Of a DNA stretch of 64,000 nucleotides, positions 49,680 to 59,199 are shown piece after piece (the first letter of the stretch is position 1; every line of letters starts with the position of its first letter). The position numbers were made by a program, and so were the translations under genes. The stretch comes from Meiothermus sp. (GTDB lineage Bacteria > Deinococcota > Deinococci > Deinococcales > Thermaceae): NCBI GenBank assembly GCA_035760705.1, contig DASTSL010000035.1:2769-66768 (forward strand), in the 5' to 3' direction. The notes beneath the pieces were generated by a model. The model saw only the letters and a program-made list of their open reading frames with translations. It was not told the origin of the DNA and ran no database searches.

Positions 49680-52600
49680 ATGAAGATTGACCGCCTCATC
49701 CTGCAAGGGTTCAAATCGTTCGGCGAACGCACGGTGCTCGAGTTCGGCCCCGGGGTGACCGGGATCGTGGGTCCTAACGGATCGGGCAAGAGCAACATCC
49801 TGGAGGGCTTGCGCTGGGTGGTGGGGGCTCGGGCCCGCGAGTTGCGCGGCGAGGAGGCCCAGTCGCTTTTATTCCACGGCTCGGATGCTCGGGTGCCGAT
49901 GCCCTTCGCCGAGGTGGTGCTCGAGCTTTCCCGCGGCTCCGAGCGGCTCACCGTGAGCCGCCGCTTAGACCGCGACGGGGAGGCTGAGGTGCGGCTGGGG
50001 CACAAGGCCTCCACCCTGCGGGCGGTGGAGCGGGCCCTGGCCGGGGCCGGGCTGGGGCGGAACGGCTACGCGGTGATCGGGCAGGGCGAGATCGGGACCA
50101 TCCTCCAGGCCGGACCGGAGGTGCTCCTGGGCTACCTCGAGGAGGCCGCCGGGCTCAAAGCGGTGACCCTCGCCGCCAAGACCGCCCACGACCGGCTCGA
50201 GTCGGCGGCCCAGGAGATGCAGACCCTCCAGGCCGAGCAGGCTCGCTTGCAGGAGGCGTTGCTGGAAAAATCCGCCCAGGCCGTGGCTGCCCGCCAAGCC
50301 CGAGCCCTGAGCGCGCAAATCCTCCTACTGCGGCACGCGCTGATCCGGGCCAGGGCCGAGGAAGCCCGCGCTGAAGCCCGCAAGGCCGTGGAGCAGATCA
50401 CCGCGCTCGAGGTCGAGCGACAGGAACTCTCAGAGCGCCTGGCGCAGTTGCAGAACCAGAAAACCCAGGCTCAAGCCGCCCTCGAGACCCTCCAGGCGGC
50501 CCACGCCGAGGCCCTGCGCCAAGCCGAGGGCCTGGCCGGGCAGCGGAGGCTCTTGCAGCAGGAGCGCAACCACCAGGCCGACCTCTCCGGGCGGCTCGAG
50601 CGGGAAAAAGCCCAGCTCGAGGCCGAGATTGCCCGGCTCACTGCCCTGCAACCTCCGGTAGCGCCTCAAGCTTCCGAGGAGGCACTCAAGGAACGCCTGG
50701 CAGGGGCCAACCGGCTGCAATCCATCGAGATCGAGCTGCAAGAGGCCCAAGCCCAACTGCGCTCGGCCCAGACCCGCTACGAGACCTACCTCAAGGCCCA
50801 GGCCGCCTACGAGGCCCAACAGCAGACTTTCCTTCAGGCCCAGGCCGAGCGGGCTCGGCTCGAGGCGGAGCGCTCGCAGCTTTCCCAGGCCCTGGCCGCA
50901 GCGAGCGAGCGCCGCCAGCAGGCCGAAGCGAGCGAGAAAACCCTGCGGGCCGAGCTGGACCGGCTGGTAGGGCAGGAAGGGAAGCTGACCGCCGAGGCGC
51001 GGGCCCTCAGGGCCGAGGTGGAGCGACTCGAGGCCTTCCTGCAATCCGGCTCCGACCTCACCGAGGGGCCGCGCCGGGTCAAAGAGGCCAGGCTCAAGGG
51101 CATCATCGGTGTGGTCGCGGACCTGCTCGACGTTCCCAAGGGGCTGGAACTCGCGGTCGAGGTGGCGCTGGCCGCTCGGCTCCAGTGGGTGCTCACCGAG
51201 GACGACCGCTCGGCCCAAGCAGCCATCGGGCTGCTCAAGCAAAAGGGCGGACGGGCCACCTTCTTGCCCCTGACCCTCCTGCGGCCCGCCGCCAGGCCCC
51301 GCCGCGACTGGAGCCAGGAAAAGGGGGTTCGCGGCCTGGCGCGGGAGCTGGTGGAGGTGCGCGGCTACCCACAGGTCGGGGCGACCCTATTTGGCGAGAC
51401 GCTGATCCTGGAGTCGCTCGAGGCCGCCCTTTCCCTCGCCAAGCGTTACCCCGACACGCCGCGCATGGTCACCCTGGAGGGCGAACTCCTCGAGCCCAGC
51501 GGGGCCCTCACCGGCGGGAAGCTGCAAAAAGGCGGGCAGATGCTGGCCCTTCGGCGCCGGGTGCGTGAGGGGGCGGCGGAAGCCGAGCAGCTCGAGGCCG
51601 AGATCGCCCGGCTCGGGCGGCAGGCCCAGCGCTTCCGTGAGGACCTGAAAAAGCTCGACCTCCCCACGCTCCGCCAGCAGGAGCAGACCCTTCAGGCCGA
51701 ACTGCGCTCGCTCACCGCGAACCTCGAGCGGCTGCCGAACACCTTGGCACCCAAAGCCCCCGAGCCGGTGGAACCGCCCGATCCCGCCGGGCTCGAGGCC
51801 CTCAGCCGCGAGCGCGAGGTGCTCCGTCAGGGTTTGCAGGAGGCCCGCGAACTCCAGATGGCCTGGCGACGCTACCGCGAGGACCTGGCCCGCTACCAGG
51901 AGGCCCAGGCCCGGCTCGCCGAGGTCGCCCAGCGGATCGGTGCCCTGGGAGCCGAGCGCCAGCAGATCGAAGCCCGCCGAGCCGAGATCGCCCGCCAGGA
52001 AACCGACCTGGCCGCCCGAGAAGTCGAGCTGGGGCTGGCTACGCTCGAGTCCCGCCTCCGCGAAGCCCGCCAGACCACCCGGGCCCTGGCCGACGAGGAA
52101 TCCCGGCTGCTCTCGCGCACCAACGCGGTGCTGGCCGAACTCGAGCAGTCCCGCATCACTCAGGCCCGCCGCGAGGCCACCCTGGAAGCCCTCCAGACCG
52201 AGCAGTCCGAGCTTCCGCCGGTAGAGGGAGAACTCCCTCAGGGCAGCTACCGTACCCTGGCCCGCCAGTTGGCCGAAGCCGAGGCCGCTCTCCAGGCCCT
52301 AGGCGCAGTCAACCACCTGGCCGAAGCCGAGCATCGCTCCCTTGCCGAGCAGGCTGAAACGCTCCAGGCTGCTTTGCGTGAGGCCGAGGAGGTGATGGGC
52401 AAGCTCGAGGCCGAACTCAAAGCGGTCGAGCACGAGTACCAGGGGAGGCTCGAGGTGGCTTACGGACGCTTCCGGCACAAGTTCACTGAGTACGCCGAGG
52501 CCCTGCTGGGCGCAGAAGCCCGATTGGAGCGCCATCACCACGGCCTACACCTGGTGCTGCGCCCAGCAGGGAAGCGCACCGTGGACCTCAACCTGCTCTC

Positions 52601-52892
52601 GATGGGCGAGCGCACCATGGGGGCCCTGGCCTTCCTTTTCGCCCTCTCGGAAGCCTCCGAAGAGGGGAGAGGGTTGCCGGTAGCCGTGCTGGACGAGGTG
52701 GACGCCCCGCTCGACGAGGCCAACATCCTCCGCTTTACCGGTTTCCTGCGGCGCTTCTCCAAGGAGACCCAGTTCATCCTCATCACCCACCAGAAGCGCA
52801 CCATGGAAGCTTGTGATGCGCTCTACGGGGTGACCAGCGAACAGGGTTTGAGCCGGGTGTACAGCATCAAGCGAGATGAGGCATTGGTTTAA
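49680..52892 (+). CDS. smc: chromosome segregation protein SMC
   Basis: 1070 aa. Walker A GPNGSGKSN, long coiled coils with a hinge, a C-terminal LSMGERT signature and VLDEVDAPLD. Confidence 0.95.
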   Translation: MKIDRLILQGFKSFGERTVLEFGPGVTGIVGPNGSGKSNILEGLRWVVGARARELRGEEAQSLLFHGSDARVPMPFAEVVLELSRGSERLTVSRRLDRDGEAEVRLGHKASTLRAVERALAGAGLGRNGYAVIGQGEIGTILQAGPEVLLGYLEEAAGLKAVTLAAKTAHDRLESAAQEMQTLQAEQARLQEALLEKSAQAVAARQARALSAQILLLRHALIRARAEEARAEARKAVEQITALEVERQELSERLAQLQNQKTQAQAALETLQAAHAEALRQAEGLAGQRRLLQQERNHQADLSGRLEREKAQLEAEIARLTALQPPVAPQASEEALKERLAGANRLQSIEIELQEAQAQLRSAQTRYETYLKAQAAYEAQQQTFLQAQAERARLEAERSQLSQALAAASERRQQAEASEKTLRAELDRLVGQEGKLTAEARALRAEVERLEAFLQSGSDLTEGPRRVKEARLKGIIGVVADLLDVPKGLELAVEVALAARLQWVLTEDDRSAQAAIGLLKQKGGRATFLPLTLLRPAARPRRDWSQEKGVRGLARELVEVRGYPQVGATLFGETLILESLEAALSLAKRYPDTPRMVTLEGELLEPSGALTGGKLQKGGQMLALRRRVREGAAEAEQLEAEIARLGRQAQRFREDLKKLDLPTLRQQEQTLQAELRSLTANLERLPNTLAPKAPEPVEPPDPAGLEALSREREVLRQGLQEARELQMAWRRYREDLARYQEAQARLAEVAQRIGALGAERQQIEARRAEIARQETDLAAREVELGLATLESRLREARQTTRALADEESRLLSRTNAVLAELEQSRITQARREATLEALQTEQSELPPVEGELPQGSYRTLARQLAEAEAALQALGAVNHLAEAEHRSLAEQAETLQAALREAEEVMGKLEAELKAVEHEYQGRLEVAYGRFRHKFTEYAEALLGAEARLERHHHGLHLVLRPAGKRTVDLNLLSMGERTMGALAFLFALSEASEEGRGLPVAVLDEVDAPLDEANILRFTGFLRRFSKETQFILITHQKRTMEACDALYGVTSEQGLSRVYSIKRDEALV

Positions 52893-52961
52893 CCCCAGGT
52901 AGAGACTTTGCCGCTCTTGGCAAGTGCTCAGAGCATAGCTACGAGTTCCTAAACCGAGTCT

Positions 52962-54017
52962 CTATTCCCCCTCGAGTTTATCCACCACCTCGAATAGCCC
53001 CTCCAGGTCCATCTTGGCGTAGATGGCGCTGGTGTTGATGTTGCTGTGGCCCAAGAGCCGGGCGGTGGCGTGGAGGTCTCGAGACACCTGGTAAAACCTT
53101 GTCCCCGCGGTGTGGCGCAGCAGGTGAGCCCCCGAGTAGCGGGCCGGGAAGCCTAGGGCGCGGTAATGCCCGTTCAGGATCTCCCGCAGACCCCGCGCGG
53201 TCATGCCCCGCCCGTTGGCCTTGCGCCCGCCCAGGTTGATTAGGACCCGCTGTTCACCGGCGGCGGCGTAGGCCAACCGGGTCTTGAGCCAGTCCTCGAG
53301 TTCCGCCGCCAATGGCTTGCTCAAGGGAACACTGCGAGATTTGCTGCCCTTGCCGCGCTTGACCTCGAGCAGCCGCTCGGCCAGGTGAATATCCTGCACC
53401 TGCAAGTGAACCACTTCACTTATGCGCAGTCCGGCTTCGGCCATCAACCGGGCGGCGATGCGGTCGCGCCGGTGGTGGGGTTCGCCGGTCTCGAGGTAGG
53501 CCAGCAACTTCTTGTACAACGCTGGCGGCAACGCCGGGCGGCGCTCGTAGGCCGGGGTGGGGTCTCGCGGGGCGGCAACGCCGGTCGGGGGGGTCGCGGC
53601 GTCGGCCCACTCGAGCGCTTTGTAAAACGCCCGGACCCCGGCCAAATAGGTGGCGATGCTGCTGGGCTTGAGGCGTAGTTTCGCCGAGTGCAGCGAGGGG
53701 TGCGCGTGGCCGACCAAATGGCTGCCCACGGCCTGGAGGTTGGCGATATAGCGATCCAGGTCATCAGCGGTGGCCTTGAGGATCTGGACCTGGGGCGCGG
53801 GGGAATCCGGCGGCCAGGCCCAGGCCAGGAAGTCGCGCACCCCCAACCGGTAGGTCTCGAGCGTCTTGGGGCTCAGCGTGGCCCGCTTGCGCCCTTTGAG
53901 GATCAAGTAGGCCTCGAGTAGCTCGAGCAGGGCGGTTTCATCGCGCTCCTGGGCGGCCCGGATGGCCTCGAGGCGGCGCTTGCTGGGGTTCTGCCAGTTG
54001 GCGAGCGGGACGAGCAT
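52962..54017 (-). CDS. tyrosine-type site-specific recombinase (Xer/phage-integrase family, long 351-aa form)
   Basis: AGLRISEV..., ..GAHLLRHTAGT.. and LLGHSNINTSAIYAKM give the R..HxxR..H..Y catalytic pattern. Confidence 0.85.
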   Translation of the reverse strand: MLVPLANWQNPSKRRLEAIRAAQERDETALLELLEAYLILKGRKRATLSPKTLETYRLGVRDFLAWAWPPDSPAPQVQILKATADDLDRYIANLQAVGSHLVGHAHPSLHSAKLRLKPSSIATYLAGVRAFYKALEWADAATPPTGVAAPRDPTPAYERRPALPPALYKKLLAYLETGEPHHRRDRIAARLMAEAGLRISEVVHLQVQDIHLAERLLEVKRGKGSKSRSVPLSKPLAAELEDWLKTRLAYAAAGEQRVLINLGGRKANGRGMTARGLREILNGHYRALGFPARYSGAHLLRHTAGTRFYQVSRDLHATARLLGHSNINTSAIYAKMDLEGLFEVVDKLEGE

Positions 54018-54028
54018 GGAACGAGTAT

Positions 54029-54066
54029 ATCAAATTTCCCCTAATTTACCTTAGGGGAAATTTGAT
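54029..54066. repeat. perfect 16-bp inverted repeat with 6-bp spacer (candidate recombinase core site or operator)
   Basis: ATCAAATTTCCCCTAA-tttacc-TTAGGGGAAATTTGAT, AT-rich, 12 bp upstream of the recombinase start codon. Confidence 0.85.
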
Positions 54067-54091
54067 CGTTTCGGTCTTGGTGCAAATGCCA

Positions 54092-54119
54092 TTGCATATA
54101 TAAACAGGACGTTTATACT
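54092..54119 (+). promoter_or_regulatory. promoter TTGCAT-N16-TATACT, 7 nt before ATG 54127 (leaderless)
   Basis: Read directly. There is no SD. Confidence 0.6.
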
Positions 54120-54126
54120 TTTCTTC

Positions 54127-54474
54127 ATGAATACGTCCATTGCACTCATGGGGTTGCTGCTGTTGGCGCTGATCTGGTTGGTGCTGTACGCCCCCAAGAT
54201 GGGTGAACACAGCCGAGATGCGAAGGTGCGGGCGCTGGCCAAGATGTCGCGCCACGCCCGCCGCCACAACACGGTAGTGCGCTACCACAACGGAGTTCCC
54301 TTCGTGGTGACACATCAGCGCCGGGGGCTCATCTACATGCTCGAGGGCCGCAACGTGAGCCGCGAGCGCCTGGTGCGGGCCTTGGGGCACGGTGGCGAGG
54401 CCGTGGTGAGCAAGGTCGAGCAGGAAGAAGCCATGACCGCCCCCAGCCCCACCCATCTGACCATGCTGGGCTGA
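54127..54474 (+). CDS. hypothetical protein with N-terminal TM helix
   Basis: 115-aa ORF, MNTSIALMGLLLLALIWLVLYAPK... It has its own promoter and terminator. I recognise no family. Confidence 0.5.
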   Translation: MNTSIALMGLLLLALIWLVLYAPKMGEHSRDAKVRALAKMSRHARRHNTVVRYHNGVPFVVTHQRRGLIYMLEGRNVSRERLVRALGHGGEAVVSKVEQEEAMTAPSPTHLTMLG

Positions 54475-54494
54475 GCGGGTTTTTCGGCAACTCT

Positions 54495-54522
54495 CCCCGC
54501 CAGCTTAGTGGCGGGGTTTTTT
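54495..54522 (+). terminator. intrinsic terminator
   Basis: CCCCGCC-agcttagt-GGCGGGG followed by TTTTTT. Confidence 0.85.
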
Positions 54523-54572
54523 AGTGGATGGCCGTGATCGGCGATGAGCAAGAAGTGTAAAGTGAGGATCGC

Positions 54573-55865
54573 ATGCTGAAGTCCGTCCCCGGAACCAACG
54601 ATATTTTCTCCCAGAGCAAGGAATACGCCTTCCGCGAGCCGGTGTTTCGCTACATCGTCGAGACCGCCCAGAAGGTGCTGACCTCGAGCGGCGCGCAGAT
54701 CCTCCACACCCCCATCTTCGAGTACGCCGAGGTCTTTCAAAAAGGCGTGGGCCTGACCTCCGACATCGTGGTCAAGAAGGAGATGTATGTTTTCGAGGAC
54801 CGCGGCGAGCGTCTGCTGGCTTTGCGCCCCGAGCCCACCGCCTCGATTGTGCGGGCTTATAACGAGCACGGGATGAAGGTCTGGCCCCAGCCGGTGCGGC
54901 TTTTCACCTGGGGCCCGATCTTCCGCGCCGAGCGCCATCAGAAGGGCCGCTACAAACAGTTTCATCAGGTGGACTACGAGGCCATCGGTTCGGCGGACCC
55001 CCTGGTGGACGCCGAGAGCATCGCCCTGATGGTCAAGATCTACCGGGAGTTGGGGTTACGGGACCTCGAGGTCAAGCTGGGCTCGGTGGGCGACCCAGAA
55101 GACCGCCTGCGCTACAACGCCTACCTGCGCGACCTCTTCCGCCCGCACGCCCCACGGCTGAGCGAGGACTCCAAAGCGCGGCTCGAGAGTAACCCCATGC
55201 GCATCCTCGACTCCAAGGACCCCGGCGACCAGGCCCTGTTGCGGGAACTCGAGGTCAAACCTATGCTCGAGTTCTTGGGGCCGGAGTCTTCGGCCTTTCA
55301 CCAGGCGGTGCAGCGGTATCTGCGCCAGCTCGAGATCCCCTTCAGCGTGGACCCCAGCATCGTGCGGGGCCTCGACTACTACGTGCGCACCGCCTGGGAG
55401 GTCCACCACCGCCGGATCGGGGCCAAGTCGGCTCTGGGTGGGGGCGGGCGCTACGACGGGCTCTCGGAGATGCTGGGGGGCCCGCGGGTTCCGGGGGTGG
55501 GCTTCGGCATCGGGATCGAGCGGGTGGCGATCGCGCTCGAGGAGGAAGGGGTGGTGATCCCCTCCGACCCCTCCCCGGACCTCTACCTGGCCCCGCTGGA
55601 CGAGACCGCCAAGGGCGAGGCGCTGGTCCTGGCCGAACGGCTGCGCCCGGAGTTCCGCGTGGAGATCGGCTACAGCGTCAAGAAGGTGGGAAAAGCGCTC
55701 GAGGACGCTCTCAAGCGCGGGGCCCGCTACGTCGGTTTTTTGGGCGAAGCTGAGCGGCAAAAGGGCGTGGTGGCACTCAAACACCTCGAGTCGGGTGACC
55801 AGCGCGAGGTGAGCTGGGAAGCGCTGGAGGAAGCCCTCGGCCCGGTGCCCGGGGTTCGGCTCTGA
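54573..55865 (+). CDS. hisS: histidyl-tRNA synthetase
   Basis: 430 aa. GTNDIF..., FRAERHQKGRYKQFHQ and GGGRYDGL are present. Confidence 0.95.
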   Translation: MLKSVPGTNDIFSQSKEYAFREPVFRYIVETAQKVLTSSGAQILHTPIFEYAEVFQKGVGLTSDIVVKKEMYVFEDRGERLLALRPEPTASIVRAYNEHGMKVWPQPVRLFTWGPIFRAERHQKGRYKQFHQVDYEAIGSADPLVDAESIALMVKIYRELGLRDLEVKLGSVGDPEDRLRYNAYLRDLFRPHAPRLSEDSKARLESNPMRILDSKDPGDQALLRELEVKPMLEFLGPESSAFHQAVQRYLRQLEIPFSVDPSIVRGLDYYVRTAWEVHHRRIGAKSALGGGGRYDGLSEMLGGPRVPGVGFGIGIERVAIALEEEGVVIPSDPSPDLYLAPLDETAKGEALVLAERLRPEFRVEIGYSVKKVGKALEDALKRGARYVGFLGEAERQKGVVALKHLESGDQREVSWEALEEALGPVPGVRL

Positions 55866-55928
55866 CCGTGCTGATTCCGGTAGAAGTTTGATGCTTTGAC
55901 GGGTCTCTTCAGCAAAGGTCTTCTGTAG

Positions 55929-55952
55929 GGGCACCCCTTTGTGGGTGCCCTT
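55929..55952 (+). terminator. hairpin after hisS (weak U-tract)
   Basis: GGGCACCC-ctttgt-GGGTGCCC followed by TTATCC. Confidence 0.5.
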
Positions 55953-56061
55953 ATCCCATTCAGGCCGATTTGGTGGGTCTTGGCGGGTCGGGGTCTTGGG
56001 CGAAATCCCTATAGCTTACGAACCGTTTTTAGCGATCTGCTTCCCTCTGCCGCACTCAGAT

Positions 56062-56104
56062 ATTCATGTGAAAATAATCACGATAAATCACGCTCGTGAA
56101 ATCA
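56062..56104 (-). repeat. AT-rich dispersed element, copy f (reverse orientation)
   Basis: The reverse complement reads tgatTTCACGAGcgtgatttaTCGTGAttattTTCACatgaat. It lies between convergent genes. Confidence 0.75.
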
Positions 56105-56112
56105 ATCTCTGT

Positions 56113-56517
56113 TTACAGCTTCACCGAAAAACGATCCCGCCGGTCCAGGACGATCCGCATCCACAGAACCAACCTCACCAGGGGCCAATTCAGCGAATGG
56201 ATCACGCCTTTGATGGGGATCGTGCGAGCAAAAACCCGGAAGGTCCCGGTTTTGCTGTGGGCCATCTCGAGCAAGAGTTCCTTGGCCGTGGCCGGGTCAC
56301 ACGAGCGGTCTTGGTGGGAGACATAGACCAACACCCCCTCCTCTACCTGGAGGGCCAGGCCGGTGTGGCCGTTATAAAGCAAGACGGTGGCGGTTTCTTC
56401 GCTCAAACCCTGGAGAAGTTCGAGAAAAGGCGTCTGTTCGAAGGTGCCCTCCAGGATGGGCACACCGAACCGCTCGATCGAGTTCAGCCCGCGCGGATCG
56501 TGTCCCGAGGCTCCCAT
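56113..56517 (-). CDS. DUF4388-like domain protein
   Basis: ILEGTFEQTPFLELLQGLSEETATVLLYNG..LALQVEEGVLVYVS...AKELLLEMAHSKTGTFRVF matches the DUF4388 pattern as I recall it. Start trimmed to MGASGHD. Confidence 0.55.
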   Translation of the reverse strand: MGASGHDPRGLNSIERFGVPILEGTFEQTPFLELLQGLSEETATVLLYNGHTGLALQVEEGVLVYVSHQDRSCDPATAKELLLEMAHSKTGTFRVFARTIPIKGVIHSLNWPLVRLVLWMRIVLDRRDRFSVKL

Positions 56518-56610
56518 CAGAACCAGTCTAGCGGTACGCGCGCCGGTCGCGGGATAAAACTGACCCCGCTTGGCTTTCACCTTGGGGCCGCGGCTTGGTA
56601 GACTCACGCC

Positions 56611-57870
56611 GTGCGGACCCACCGTGCGCCTACCGCCAAACGCCCTCTCGCTAACCGCCCCGCGCTGGTGCTCGGGGTAGCGGTGCTGCTGGCCCTGATC
56701 CGGCTGGCGGTGGCCCTCGAGCTACTCCCCGACTGGGCCTATGGACTGGGGGCGGTGCTGCTTGCGGGGGTGACGCTCGAGGCGACTTTTAGGACGCTCC
56801 GACCGGCCTTGCTGCCGGGGCTGGGTTTACTGCTGGCGGGCATCGGGTTGGGCTATAGCTTCTTTCCCGCCGTCCTGCTGGCGCTGGCCGGGGTGGGAGC
56901 CCTCTATCTGGCCTGGACCCCCCATATGTCCGAGCGCGAACAGGCGGCCTTCTGGGGCTGGCTGCTGGTATGGCCCTCGGTGGGGCTGCTTTTGGTCTGG
57001 CAGATCATCCCCAGTCTCTATGCCCTGTGGCTCTCGTTTTTGGACCGCTTCAACTTCATCGGTCAGAGCAAGTTCGCCGGCTTGCTCAACTACGAGATCC
57101 TGCTCACCCGCGATCCCCTGTTCTGGAAGGCGCTGGGCAATACCTTCTGGTTCGTGATCTTCACCGTTCCTATAGGGATCTTGTTGGCGACCTTAGTAGC
57201 GATCCTGCTCAACGAGAAGGTGCGCTTGCAGGGGGTCTTCCGCACGCTTTACTTCCTGCCCTACATCACCGCGCTCACCGCGGCAGCGGCGGTGTGGGAC
57301 TGGATCTACAACCCCGAGTTCGGCTTTCTCAACTGGCTGCTCGGCACGCCGGGGCTGGACTGGCTTTCCATGCCGCAGGGGATCTTCGCCTTGGCCTTGG
57401 CCCCGCTCGGTATCAAGCTGCAAGGCTTCTGGGCCGGGCCCAGCGTGGCCTTCGTGGCGATCATGGTGATGAGCCTGTGGCACTTACTGGGGTACCAGGT
57501 GGTGGTGATCTTGGCCGGGCTGCAAAACATCCCCAAGGAGTACTACGAGGCCGCCCAGCTCGACGGGGCCAGCTGGTGGCAACAGCAGCGCCACATCACC
57601 TGGCCGCTGCTCTCCCCTACCACCTTCTTCCTCTCTACGCTGGGCTTGATCGGAGCCTTCCAAGTCTTTACTCAGGTGCTCATCATGACGCCCACCGGAG
57701 GGGTCTTGCAGGACACCCTAACCATCACCCTTTACCTCTACAACAAAGGCTTCCGCGATTCGGATTTCTCCTACGCCAGCGCCATCGCGGTGGTGGTGTT
57801 CGCGGTGATCCTGGCCCTCACGGTGGTGCAGCAGCGGGTGCTCGAGCGGAGGGTGACGTATGAGGCTTAA
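56611..57870 (+). CDS. carbohydrate ABC transporter permease (MalF/UgpA-like) with ~105-aa hydrophobic N-terminal extension
   Basis: The canonical permease core begins near MSEREQAAFWGW (56926). The upstream 105 codons keep a strong GC3 coding bias and encode about 3 TM segments. The start is uncertain. Confidence 0.8.
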   Translation: MRTHRAPTAKRPLANRPALVLGVAVLLALIRLAVALELLPDWAYGLGAVLLAGVTLEATFRTLRPALLPGLGLLLAGIGLGYSFFPAVLLALAGVGALYLAWTPHMSEREQAAFWGWLLVWPSVGLLLVWQIIPSLYALWLSFLDRFNFIGQSKFAGLLNYEILLTRDPLFWKALGNTFWFVIFTVPIGILLATLVAILLNEKVRLQGVFRTLYFLPYITALTAAAAVWDWIYNPEFGFLNWLLGTPGLDWLSMPQGIFALALAPLGIKLQGFWAGPSVAFVAIMVMSLWHLLGYQVVVILAGLQNIPKEYYEAAQLDGASWWQQQRHITWPLLSPTTFFLSTLGLIGAFQVFTQVLIMTPTGGVLQDTLTITLYLYNKGFRDSDFSYASAIAVVVFAVILALTVVQQRVLERRVTYEA

Positions 57871-57892
57871 CGTTGGCTACTCGGAGAGCACC

Positions 57893-59107
57893 ATGACCCC
57901 CCGATTTGCCCTGGGCCGCCTCCTGATCTACCTCGTCTTGGGTGTGGGCGCGGTGGCGATGGCCTTTCCCTTCTATTGGATGCTGGCGACCAGCCTCAAA
58001 AGCCCGCAGGAGGCCCAGCAGACCCAGCCGATCTGGGTTCCCGAACGGCTCAAGCCCACCAACTGGATGGTCGCGGCCCGGCTGGGGGCTCAAAGCGGGA
58101 GTGCCCTCTGGGGCGGCTATGGGGCGGGCCGGACGGTCACCTTGCGGATCTACACCGGCGAAATGGGGCCAAAGCCCCAGGTGAGCATCCCCACCGCCAT
58201 CGGGGCCTTCTCCGACCCCCGGGCCGACAACACCCAGATCCGCATCCGCTACGCCGAAGGTTACTGGGAAATCGCCTTCACCAACGGCTCGAGCGAATCC
58301 TTCCGGCTGCTGCCGGTGGTGGTACTGATCTCCAAGAGCTACCCCAGCTACCGGCCCGAACTGCCCCCCGACGCGGTGCGCTCGAGCGGCGAGGACTGGC
58401 GGCTGGAGTGGGTCAACGTGGCTCCCGGAGCCCTGGGGTACGTGTTCCACAACTACCGCGAAGCCTGGAACGCGGCTCCCTTCGGGCGATACTTCTTCAA
58501 CAGCTTCTTCACCGCGGGAACCCAGGTGCTGGTGGGGCTCCTGCTAGCGGCGATGACCGCCTTCGCCCTGGCCCGCATCGAGTTTCCCGGCAAGGGTGTG
58601 GTGTGGCTGATGATCCTGGCCACCCTGATGATTCCCGGCGAGGTTTTGCTGATCCCCAACTACATCCTGCTCTCGAGGCTGGAGTGGATCAACACCTACT
58701 ATGCCCTGATCGTGCCCTGGCTGGCTTCGGTGTTCGGGATTTTCCTGTTGCGGCAGTTCTACCTCTCGTTGCCGGGGGACCTCTTCGACGCCGCGCGGAT
58801 CGACGGGGCCACCTACTGGACCCAGCTGGTGCGGATCGCCCTGCCGCTCTCGGTGCCAGGGCTGGTGACCTATGGCATCTTCACGTTTTTGGGCGCTTAC
58901 AACGCCCTGCTGTGGCCCTTGATCGTGACCGATAAACCCGAGACGTACACCATCCAACGGGGTCTCCAGGTGTTTATCGGCGAAGCCGGGAGCGACTACG
59001 GGGCTTTGATGGCGGCCTCCACGCTCTCGATCCTGCCCATCGTGCTGGGGTATTTCTTCGCCCAGCGGCAGTTCATCCAGGGGGTAGCCCGTAGCGGGAT
59101 CAAATAG
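57893..59107 (+). CDS. carbohydrate ABC transporter permease (MalG/UgpE-like) with a large extracytoplasmic insertion
   Basis: FPFYWMLATSLK... and the EAA-type region ..DAARIDGATYWTQLVRIALP. There are about 165 residues between TM1 and TM2. SD GGAG. Confidence 0.85.
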   Translation: MTPRFALGRLLIYLVLGVGAVAMAFPFYWMLATSLKSPQEAQQTQPIWVPERLKPTNWMVAARLGAQSGSALWGGYGAGRTVTLRIYTGEMGPKPQVSIPTAIGAFSDPRADNTQIRIRYAEGYWEIAFTNGSSESFRLLPVVVLISKSYPSYRPELPPDAVRSSGEDWRLEWVNVAPGALGYVFHNYREAWNAAPFGRYFFNSFFTAGTQVLVGLLLAAMTAFALARIEFPGKGVVWLMILATLMIPGEVLLIPNYILLSRLEWINTYYALIVPWLASVFGIFLLRQFYLSLPGDLFDAARIDGATYWTQLVRIALPLSVPGLVTYGIFTFLGAYNALLWPLIVTDKPETYTIQRGLQVFIGEAGSDYGALMAASTLSILPIVLGYFFAQRQFIQGVARSGIK

Positions 59108-59199
59108 GTAGACTTTAGCGGGTGATCTGACCGTTAGCTGACGCTGTTGTGGGGATATACGGCGAGCGAGGCTGCTCGCCAAAGCCAAGGAGGAACGAC

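Noticed and set aside
50200-52300. Ala/Gln/Glu/Arg/Leu-rich periodic sequence in smc, and 34740-34960 in the M23 peptidase gene, as nucleotide repeats.
   Set aside because: These encode coiled-coil low-complexity protein segments. I found no exact nucleotide repeat units.
52893-54570. Integrase plus hypothetical gene as a prophage remnant or genomic island.
   Set aside because: There is no flanking tRNA, no direct repeats that I can see, no phage or IS genes, and the coding GC looks like the surroundings. Only the promoter spacer is AT-rich. I treat it as a chromosomal recombinase locus (see the finding).
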